DNA of 25,806 nt from a virus (lineage: Duplodnaviria > Caudoviricetes). The stretch lies in the IMG/VR virus record IMGVR_UViG_3300044448_004934, positions 1 to 25,806 of that record; one strand, written 5' to 3'. Within the stretch, counting starts at the first letter, position 1; the number at the start of each line of letters is the position of its first letter. Shown here piece after piece: positions 17,806 to 24,125 of the stretch. The position numbers were made by a program, and so were the translations under genes. The notes below the pieces were generated by a model. It saw nothing but the letters and a program-made list of their open reading frames with translations, made no database searches and was not told the DNA's origin.

Positions 17806-18033
17806 TTAGTTATTGGCAATTTTATTGATTTTTTCAGTTATTTCATGACCTATTGTAAGGGCTCGTGCTTTGTTATTTTTTCGGTTATGTATTTCTCCAT
17901 TTTTTTCGATTGTTACGTAATCTCTACCAAAATATATTCTTGCTTTGCCATGGTTTTCCCATAACCTTGGTCTTTCACCATAATAGTTAATTTCATTTTC
18001 TTTTAGTTTTTTGATTAAAGTTTGGTTTGTCAT
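17806..18033 (-). CDS. Small phage protein (WExxGKxRIYF motif)
   Basis: 75 aa, first gene after promoter copy 2. Confidence 0.7.
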   Translation of the reverse strand: MTNQTLIKKLKENEINYYGERPRLWENHGKARIYFGRDYVTIEKNGEIHNRKNNKARALTIGHEITEKINKIANN

Positions 18034-18066
18034 TATTGTTTTCCTCGGTTGTTGTTTATATATATA

Positions 18067-18104
18067 CTTATAAAGTATTATCTTAAGTTTGTAAACAACT
18101 ATCT
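18067..18104 (-). promoter_or_regulatory. Sigma70-type promoter, repeat copy 2
   Basis: TTTACA-17 nt-TATAAG, immediately after a terminator. Confidence 0.7.
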
Positions 18105-18106
18105 AC

Positions 18107-18134
18107 AAAAAAAGTGCCGAAAACTCGACACCTT
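18107..18134 (-). terminator. Intrinsic terminator after the ERF gene
   Basis: GTGTCGA-gttt-TCGGCAC-TTTTTTT. Confidence 0.8.
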
Positions 18135-18157
18135 TATTTTTTAAGCTCTAAACCTCT

Positions 18158-18820
18158 TTACACAAATGGCTCAATTAGTTCACCACTTTTGACCTTTTCG
18201 ATAAACCTCTTGGTTTCTTCCAGTCCCCATTTGTCCATATTCCATTTTACTTTAAGGTGGAGTTGATAGTCCTTTATGTCGCTGCCAGTAATTTCCTTTA
18301 CTAAATTAATTAATGGCTTGTATTTTATAGGCTCAAATTTAGGCGCTTCTTTTTTAGCCGGTGCTTTTTTAGCCGGTGCTTTTTTAGGTGCTGCCTTTCT
18401 TGTATTATTTTGTATGTGGTTATGTGCTTCGGTATCAGCATCCTGTGTATCATCCAGCAGGAATAACTTATTGAAAGCATATTTACCTGCATAGGATGAA
18501 GCAGAACCGGTAATTTGGCTTTTATCCCATCCTTTCTTTACGTCCTCCTCTCCAGCGTGTGCATGCGTGGTGATAAATGATTGTGGATTATTTGTATCGA
18601 TTAATCTGATTGTACATTTTACATAAGTCCTATCGTTTACAACAATCAAATCATCTTGAAGTATCGGTAGAACTCCGTATTTTTCAAGAAGTGGTTTCAA
18701 GGCTTCCTGTATATCTTCCAGGGAGCGATAGTTGTATTTTCCGAAATTATTACGCTGGTTTTTAGGTGATTTAAGCTCTATCTGTATTCTCAAAAGCTTT
18801 TCATAAATTGACATTCTCAT
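18158..18820 (-). CDS. erf: ERF-family single-strand annealing protein
   Basis: 'NNFGKYNYRSLEDI..ALKPLL', 'SQITGSASSYAGKYA...LLDDTQDAD'. Confidence 0.9.
   Translation of the reverse strand: MRMSIYEKLLRIQIELKSPKNQRNNFGKYNYRSLEDIQEALKPLLEKYGVLPILQDDLIVVNDRTYVKCTIRLIDTNNPQSFITTHAHAGEEDVKKGWDKSQITGSASSYAGKYAFNKLFLLDDTQDADTEAHNHIQNNTRKAAPKKAPAKKAPAKKEAPKFEPIKYKPLINLVKEITGSDIKDYQLHLKVKWNMDKWGLEETKRFIEKVKSGELIEPFV
18349..18387. repeat. 15-bp tandem repeat (about 2.6 copies) encoding APAKK units
   Basis: CTTTTTTAGCCGGTG x2 plus a partial copy, inside the ERF linker. Confidence 0.85.
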
Positions 18821-18972
18821 TGTTTTATCCTGTTGTTGGTTGGTTTTAGTTGTTGATTAATCACACAGCACATAGCAAATATGACTATGATGCCAAGTAG
18901 TGTGATATGACCGATGAAGGGTAGTTTTATTATCGGATAGTGGTGAAGCATTAGCCAGCATTGTTCAATCAT
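18817..18972 (-). CDS. Small membrane protein, 51 aa (not in ORF track)
   Basis: MIEQCWLMLHHYPIIKLPFIGHITLLGIIVIFAMCCVINQQLKPTNNRIKQ. ATGA overlaps at both ends. Confidence 0.55.
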   Translation of the reverse strand: MIEQCWLMLHHYPIIKLPFIGHITLLGIIVIFAMCCVINQQLKPTNNRIKQ

Positions 18973-19148
18973 TTGTTGTTGTCCAGGTCTTTTAATTCTA
19001 TGGTTTTTTGTGAGACTATTTTCAATCCTGCAACTTTTAATGTTTTTATGAATTGTGCTGCTACACGAGGTGTAAAAGTTCTTGTCTGTTCTTCACCGAA
19101 ATAATTAAGCCAATTTAATCTTATTGTTTCTTTTTCACGTGGCATCAT
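18969..19148 (-). CDS. Small hypothetical protein, 59 aa (not in ORF track)
   Basis: MMPREKETIRLNWLNYFGEEQTRTF...KDLDNNK, AGGA RBS. Confidence 0.65.
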   Translation of the reverse strand: MMPREKETIRLNWLNYFGEEQTRTFTPRVAAQFIKTLKVAGLKIVSQKTIELKDLDNNK

Positions 19149-19194
19149 TTTATCCTATTGTTATTGGTTAAGTTTTTCATTTGTGGCAGGTGTG

Positions 19195-19623
19195 TCATTG
19201 GTACCATCCAAAGTGAAACTTGTGGCGGTTCTTTCCTAACGTATCGCGAATCGGTTCTGGCTTATGTTCAACATATACCCATTCACCTGACCGCATTCTT
19301 GGTTTTTCTGATAGCCTCAAGAATGTACGCTTTGGTTTTTTGGTCATCCATTTTGGCGTGCGGTATATTTGCTTTTTGCCATCGCAACAGTCATTTGAAC
19401 AATCGCACATGCAACGTGGATCTGCATACTGTTCATTTCCTTGATGTAAACGGTCAAAATAGAATTTCAATCGCCTTGCATCTTCCCATGTTGGCCCAGC
19501 CCACCTAATGTCATTCCTGCCTATCACATACCATTCCCTGTCCACTTCACATACCTTTAAATCATTCCCGCAAAAACGATCAAACGGTATAGACTCTCCC
19601 GTATCAAATACAATCTTCAACAC
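19195..19623 (-). CDS. Hypothetical protein with a Cys cluster
   Basis: 142 aa, AGGAG RBS, GTG start, 'CMCDCSNDCC'. Confidence 0.65.
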   Translation of the reverse strand: MLKIVFDTGESIPFDRFCGNDLKVCEVDREWYVIGRNDIRWAGPTWEDARRLKFYFDRLHQGNEQYADPRCMCDCSNDCCDGKKQIYRTPKWMTKKPKRTFLRLSEKPRMRSGEWVYVEHKPEPIRDTLGKNRHKFHFGWYQ

Positions 19624-19633
19624 TCACTCCTAT

Positions 19634-19885
19634 TTACGTAGCTGGTTCTACAATAAAATCTAAAATCGTATTTGGATGATCCTCTGTAATTATGTAGTCT
19701 CTACCGCAAAGACAATCTTTGGCCGTGCAAAAACTATTTGATTCGGGGAATACAATTTCTAATACTTTTTGGTGACCTCCTAAGCGTTCATAGGTGCCAT
19801 ATACCTTAACTTCTATTTCTTCTTGTGTGTTGTGGAAACTGTTACCACATGTGATCAGAACTTTTTCTATTTGATTGTTTTTCAT
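19634..19885 (-). CDS. Small hypothetical protein, possible metal binder
   Basis: 83 aa, 'CGNSFH...CTAKDCLCG'. First gene after promoter copy 3. Confidence 0.7.
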   Translation of the reverse strand: MKNNQIEKVLITCGNSFHNTQEEIEVKVYGTYERLGGHQKVLEIVFPESNSFCTAKDCLCGRDYIITEDHPNTILDFIVEPAT

Positions 19886-19916
19886 TGTTGTTTTCCTTTG
19901 TTGTTGTTGTTTAATT

Positions 19917-19945
19917 AATTTAAGGTATTATTTTATACTTGTAAA
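19917..19945 (-). promoter_or_regulatory. Sigma70-type promoter, repeat copy 3
   Basis: TTTACA-17 nt-TAAATT, with the shared TAATAC spacer motif. Confidence 0.7.
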
Positions 19946-19955
19946 GGAAAAAGAT

Positions 19956-19980
19956 AAAAAAAGGAGGGTTTTACCCCTCC
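19956..19980 (-). terminator. Intrinsic terminator after the fibre gene
   Basis: GGAGGG-gtaaaa-CCCTCC-TTTTTTT. Confidence 0.85.
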
Positions 19981-20003
19981 CATAATCGGCTATCTTTTAC
20001 AAT

Positions 20004-21623
20004 CTATGCAAACATGATGGCGATAATCTGGTCACCATTAGGAGCAGCACCAAAAGTGATTTGTCCTACACCACCAGTACCACCAGTCCCAGCCACTGAA
20101 AACTCAGAAGCATCGGCAGGGCTGGACGCTACCTTTTTACACATCAAACCGTTTCTGTATACCATAACAGCATTTTCGAAACCAGCCGGTATCGCAATGC
20201 TTAGGTCATAAGCAGTATTACTCGACCCCGTAAAAGCATCACGATAAAAGGCAAATCCACATTTTGCAATAGTTACAGCATCATCGGCAATTTTGGCAGT
20301 TGTTACAGCATTGGCAGCAACCTTGGCAGCTACAACAGCATTATCAGCAAGCTCATCGGTAGCAACGGCAGCAGTCGCAATTTCGGTTGCTGATATACCA
20401 CCAGCGGCAACCTTCAGCCCGGAACCACCTTTTGATAGTGTGGCTCCATCGAGATTAATGTTGAGGTTTGCACTACCACCGAGGGCAATGCTACCAGCAC
20501 CAGAAAGACCATCACCAGCGGATAAAGTCAATGCACTACTAGCCAATTTCTGATTGCTGACGCTTCCGTCCTGGAGCATAGCAGTTTCAACGGAATTGGA
20601 TTGTATTGTTGTAACTCCAGCATTTGATATAGCAATATCACCGGACATGGTAACAGCGGCAGGGCGGTTTCCAGCATCACCGATAAGCATTTGACCGGAA
20701 GAAACATTTGCCAATTTCCCGAGGGTGATTGCTCCATCACTGACACCAGATGTGACAACAGCATTGGCGGCGATTTGAGTAGAACCGACACCAGCATCCT
20801 TAATTTTGAGTCCGGAACCGGATACAGCGAGAGTAGCACCATCAAGGTCAATAGCGAGAGAAGCACTACCACCAAGGGCAACCGCTCCACCACCAGTCAA
20901 ACCGGAGCCTGCTGAGTATGTCACACTGCTGGAAACAAGCTTTGAATTGGCGATAGAACCAGCCAACATCGCATTAGTGATTCCAGTGGCTTTAATGTAA
21001 AGCTGGTCGGACCCGTTAACACCAACGGAACTATCATCGATAAGAACATTAAAAGTATTGGAAGATAGACCAAGTGCTGTACCAGCTTGACGACCACCAG
21101 AAGTGGAACTGAAAAGTATCCAATTCTGTGAACCGAATCCGGTTAAAGTTGCACTTTGAACATATCCCTCGTCTGCATTTGAGCCCTCACGAATGAAGAC
21201 GGCAGCACCGTCCTGGAGGTCAGCAAAAGCAGCAGCATCATCGGTTCTGGTGGCAGAAGCAGCAGCACCATTATATTTATAAATACCGTTTTCTGTTCCG
21301 GTACTTTGTCCGGTTACAAGGAAACGGTCACCAGATGCCATTGTCGTACCGTCGATTTGATTACCAGGTCCGCTCAAGTCAATATTAGAATTAGCTTTGA
21401 CTCGAACACTATGCTTATATGATAGGCCGTTTACTTTGCTATCAACATAAGATTTTCTAACTAAATCATTGGAGTTGCTCGGGTCAGCACTCACTTGTGG
21501 GATGACGGCGAAAGACCAAAGCGAATCGAGTTTCGCTTTAGCTGGTGTTATTGCGTTATTTGCCAGTTTATCAGTACTGACTTCAAGGTTTTTAATCTGG
21601 TTTCCGACGATTTGAATAGCCAT
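20004..21623 (-). CDS. Virion fibre protein (head or tail fibre-like)
   Basis: 539 aa, Gly/Ala/Ser-rich. 'KSYVD...KHSVRV...IDG..SGDRFLV..Q...ENGIY' fibre module, duplicated 'AG.GL.G.G..ALGGSA.L.I.LDGATL...GSGLK' units and (V/I)xxAK(L/I)A repeats. Confidence 0.8.
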   Translation of the reverse strand: MAIQIVGNQIKNLEVSTDKLANNAITPAKAKLDSLWSFAVIPQVSADPSNSNDLVRKSYVDSKVNGLSYKHSVRVKANSNIDLSGPGNQIDGTTMASGDRFLVTGQSTGTENGIYKYNGAAASATRTDDAAAFADLQDGAAVFIREGSNADEGYVQSATLTGFGSQNWILFSSTSGGRQAGTALGLSSNTFNVLIDDSSVGVNGSDQLYIKATGITNAMLAGSIANSKLVSSSVTYSAGSGLTGGGAVALGGSASLAIDLDGATLAVSGSGLKIKDAGVGSTQIAANAVVTSGVSDGAITLGKLANVSSGQMLIGDAGNRPAAVTMSGDIAISNAGVTTIQSNSVETAMLQDGSVSNQKLASSALTLSAGDGLSGAGSIALGGSANLNINLDGATLSKGGSGLKVAAGGISATEIATAAVATDELADNAVVAAKVAANAVTTAKIADDAVTIAKCGFAFYRDAFTGSSNTAYDLSIAIPAGFENAVMVYRNGLMCKKVASSPADASEFSVAGTGGTGGVGQITFGAAPNGDQIIAIMFA

Positions 21624-21634
21624 TTTTGTAGCTC

Positions 21635-21877
21635 CTAAAGTTTAAAATATGTAGCAATCAGCGAATCACCGGCAGATGCCACAAAAGAGGTGGAAAAAGT
21701 AGAATTAGACGTAATCGTAATTTCTGAATCTGATTGCCTAATGCCATTCCAAAATACCATAAGAGTTCGTAAAATAAAAGGCTTTAGAGTATAATTTATT
21801 GTATTCCCATCGATTTGTGCAGATATGTTTTGCGATACAAAATTAACTTTAGTATTGGTAAATTGTGATATACCCAT
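21635..21877 (-). CDS. Small virion protein similar to the fibre C-terminal domain
   Basis: 'LMVFWNG...SE...GDSLIATY' versus the fibre's 'VMVYRNG...SE...GDQIIAIM'. GAGGA RBS. Confidence 0.6.
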   Translation of the reverse strand: MGISQFTNTKVNFVSQNISAQIDGNTINYTLKPFILRTLMVFWNGIRQSDSEITITSNSTFSTSFVASAGDSLIATYFKL

Positions 21878-21888
21878 TACATCCTCGA

Positions 21889-22281
21889 TTAATGCGTTTT
21901 AACTGATAAAATTGTATCGTCTACATCACCACTTCCGGCATCTAATTTATAGAAGATATACCAATTCTCTACACTCGCATAGAGAACGGCATTAATAGCA
22001 ATGACCGCAGACCCTTTCGTTGTCGTTGTCAGTCCTCTATCGATGGATGCACTTGTATCAGGCAAAATGATATTATCACCTGCTGCATCACTGGATATTT
22101 TCACCGATACAGCAGTCGTTGAAACTGCTAAATCGCTTAATTTAATCTGAATTGAATTAAGCTCCGAAAGATAGTAATCCTGCAGGGAAAAACTCATATC
22201 AACGGTTGATTTCTTGTTAACGTCGTATGATGTACTAATCGATGAGGCAGATGTTGAGCGGAAAAATGAATAATTTGCCAT
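21889..22281 (-). CDS. Ser/Thr-rich putative virion protein
   Basis: 130 aa, AGGTG RBS, beta-rich, upstream of the fibre genes. Confidence 0.55.
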   Translation of the reverse strand: MANYSFFRSTSASSISTSYDVNKKSTVDMSFSLQDYYLSELNSIQIKLSDLAVSTTAVSVKISSDAAGDNIILPDTSASIDRGLTTTTKGSAVIAINAVLYASVENWYIFYKLDAGSGDVDDTILSVKTH

Positions 22282-22313
22282 TTTACACCTATAAAAATTT
22301 TAAATCATTTCAT

Positions 22314-22350
22314 AAAAATAAAGCCGGGAGGTCAACAACTACCTCCCGGC
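22314..22350 (-). terminator. Intrinsic terminator/attenuator upstream of the virion gene at 22281
   Basis: GCCGGGAGGT-agttgttg-ACCTCCCGGC-TTTATTTTT. Confidence 0.8.
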
Positions 22351-22393
22351 AAACAACAATGTTAAAAACAACAAGGATGATTCACCAGGAATC
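22314..22393 (-). ncRNA. Candidate trans-acting sRNA (about 80 nt) with UUG-rich seeds
   Basis: Promoter TTGTGT-17-TAAACT (22428-22400), 5' hairpin GATTC/GAATC, single-stranded AUCCUUGUUGUUUUUAACAUUGUUGUUU, then a 10-bp terminator stem. Confidence 0.5.
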
Positions 22394-22492
22394 GAGTAAA
22401 GTTTATCCGATTTTATTTACTAACACAAATGTATTTTATCGTAATATTTTATAAAATCAATTTGTAATATCTTAAATCTGATATTATACTAG

Positions 22493-22565
22493 TAATTAAT
22501 TAATTCTTATTTAATTTAATTAATAATTTTAATTAATAATTTAATAATTAATTAATTAATAAAAA
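22493..22565. other. Extremely AT-rich TAAT-repeat tract in the divergent intergenic region
   Basis: 73 nt containing a single C and no G. Confidence 0.8.
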
Positions 22566-22602
22566 CTAATACAACAACACAACACAACACAAGGAAGAAC
22601 TC

Positions 22603-23487
22603 ATGCAGAGATTTTATCATATCAAATTATCGGATAGCCAAAAGAAGGACTTAACCGATTCCGAATTGGCTTTTGTCAAGCTTTTCAACACTTGCCGATG
22701 GGCATACACTAAGCAACGAAACCCATTAGATATTTTTCGTAACTTTAAAAATCCAAAAAACCATAACCTCATCCAGGTGATGCAAATGATACAAAAGTAT
22801 TTTCAAGGATTAATGAAATCGGGTAAGCAGAGAAATATATGGCGGGAGCTAGATTGGGAAAGTAGTTTCCAGGCATGGATACTCCGTATGTCACCGGTAA
22901 TTGACGAGAAAGAATTAGATAAACCAATTCATGTAACCGAAGAAAATCAACCAAGAACCACCCAGGAATATAGATTACCGAAGGAAGACGAAATATTTGA
23001 ATTGATAGAAAAGTATCAGCAGATGGAGTTTGTCCTATCGGATGAGGAACTTAAGAAGTTTCAAACCATATTTGATTATTTGATAAAAGATTTTCGTCCT
23101 CAATCCATAAACACATACGGTAATTTATATTTTAACTATCATTATGAATCCGCTGATTACATGAAGGAATTACTTCTTTTACGAATCGATACCGTAACGA
23201 AAAGATTAGAAAAAAATGAACTCGATATTTTCCTGGCCTGGTGTCTCAATAACGATAACAAATGTTCCTGGCTTTTAGTCTGGACTTTCTGTAACTTTTT
23301 TGAAGGTGTGGAAAAGGCTGAAAAGGATTTGACGAAGACCTCTTTTGACGAGTTCTTCCAGCTTGGAAAATACAAGCCACAACCGGAAAATGAAAACATA
23401 AAGAATGGTTATATCAATATCAATTTTGATAGTAACAAAGTCTATTCGTTGCGAGATATACGAAGGATGGTGACCGATGATGGGTAA
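22603..23487 (+). CDS. Hypothetical protein, possibly replication-related
   Basis: 294 aa, CAA-rich leader with AAGGA. 'DWESSFQAWILR' resembles the DWxxxFxxW motif of DnaT-like/phage replication domains (weak). Confidence 0.55.
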   Translation: MQRFYHIKLSDSQKKDLTDSELAFVKLFNTCRWAYTKQRNPLDIFRNFKNPKNHNLIQVMQMIQKYFQGLMKSGKQRNIWRELDWESSFQAWILRMSPVIDEKELDKPIHVTEENQPRTTQEYRLPKEDEIFELIEKYQQMEFVLSDEELKKFQTIFDYLIKDFRPQSINTYGNLYFNYHYESADYMKELLLLRIDTVTKRLEKNELDIFLAWCLNNDNKCSWLLVWTFCNFFEGVEKAEKDLTKTSFDEFFQLGKYKPQPENENIKNGYININFDSNKVYSLRDIRRMVTDDG

Positions 23488-23659
23488 ATACGAGAACAAA
23501 AATATTGTATATGGTGGGAAAAATTACATCAATTCCATCATAGAATTGACCCATTCGGAAAGGGATAAATTGGAATACATTCGAAAAAAACTAAAATGCA
23601 AGACGATAAACGCTGCCATTCAAAAGCTATTGAAGCAGGCTATCAAGGAGGCCGAATGA
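23477..23659 (+). CDS. Small ribbon-helix-helix-like DNA-binding protein
   Basis: 60 aa, 'SIIELTHSERDKLEYIRKKLKCKTINAAIQKLL' strand-helix-helix pattern. Confidence 0.5.
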   Translation: MMGKYENKNIVYGGKNYINSIIELTHSERDKLEYIRKKLKCKTINAAIQKLLKQAIKEAE

Positions 23660-24060
23660 TTATATTTTGTAAAAGTTGCGGCAGACTAAATCAAGGAGAT
23701 TACAAATCAGCGGATGAGGCCATTTGTATATCTTGCAATGCTCAAATGGTACCGAAAATAAATGAAATAATTACAACTTGTCCTGGGTGCAATATTGTAG
23801 TCACTGGTGATATTTGGAATTGGAACCCATACTGCAAATCATGTAAAACGGAAATTACAAACCCGTTACACCATAAATGTTGGGGTAAAACCGTCAACAA
23901 GGGACATAACTTTAAAAAGTTCAGCCTTAATTTAAATGCAGATGAAATGGATTGGCTGAAAGGACTATCTAAAAAAGAAAAGGTACAGGCCGGTCAAATT
24001 ATTAGATTGCTTATTCGTAAAGAAGCAGGACTTTTCTGTATCGAGAAAAATGCCAAGTAG
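23656..24060 (+). CDS. Double zinc-ribbon plus CopG/RHH-like protein
   Basis: AGGAGG RBS and ATGA overlap give a start at 23656 (134 aa). Four CxxC motifs, then 'KKFSLNLNADEMDWLKGLSKKEKVQAGQIIRLLIRKE'. Confidence 0.65.
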   Translation: MIIFCKSCGRLNQGDYKSADEAICISCNAQMVPKINEIITTCPGCNIVVTGDIWNWNPYCKSCKTEITNPLHHKCWGKTVNKGHNFKKFSLNLNADEMDWLKGLSKKEKVQAGQIIRLLIRKEAGLFCIEKNAK

Positions 24061-24125
24061 AGAGGTGGATTAATGGGTTCTACTCTACTTGGCTTGAACC
24101 CAAAATATTATAACTGGATTGGAAA

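Noticed and set aside
14405-19945. Repeats interpreted as a CRISPR array or integron attC sites
   Set aside because: Spacing is gene-sized and irregular, the repeats resolve into promoter and RBS elements, and there is no cas gene or integrase.
738-21000. Plus-strand ORFs in the track overlapping minus-strand genes (e.g. 2129-2434, 3272-3526, 11652-11945, 17254-17601, 19158-19508, 20293-20553)
   Set aside because: Antisense shadows of well-supported genes, with no RBS or family motifs.
22242-22454. 70-aa plus-strand ORF (or a 31-aa version from ATG 22359)
   Set aside because: No well-spaced SD, it overlaps a gene start and a minus-strand terminator, and it has no recognisable features. Kept only as an alternative to the sRNA model.
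24052-24102. H-type pseudoknot stimulating a frameshift into the methyltransferase
   Set aside because: The 2-nt loop cannot span an 11-bp stem, there is no canonical slippery site, and an in-frame TAA at 24111 blocks fusion with the upstream gene.
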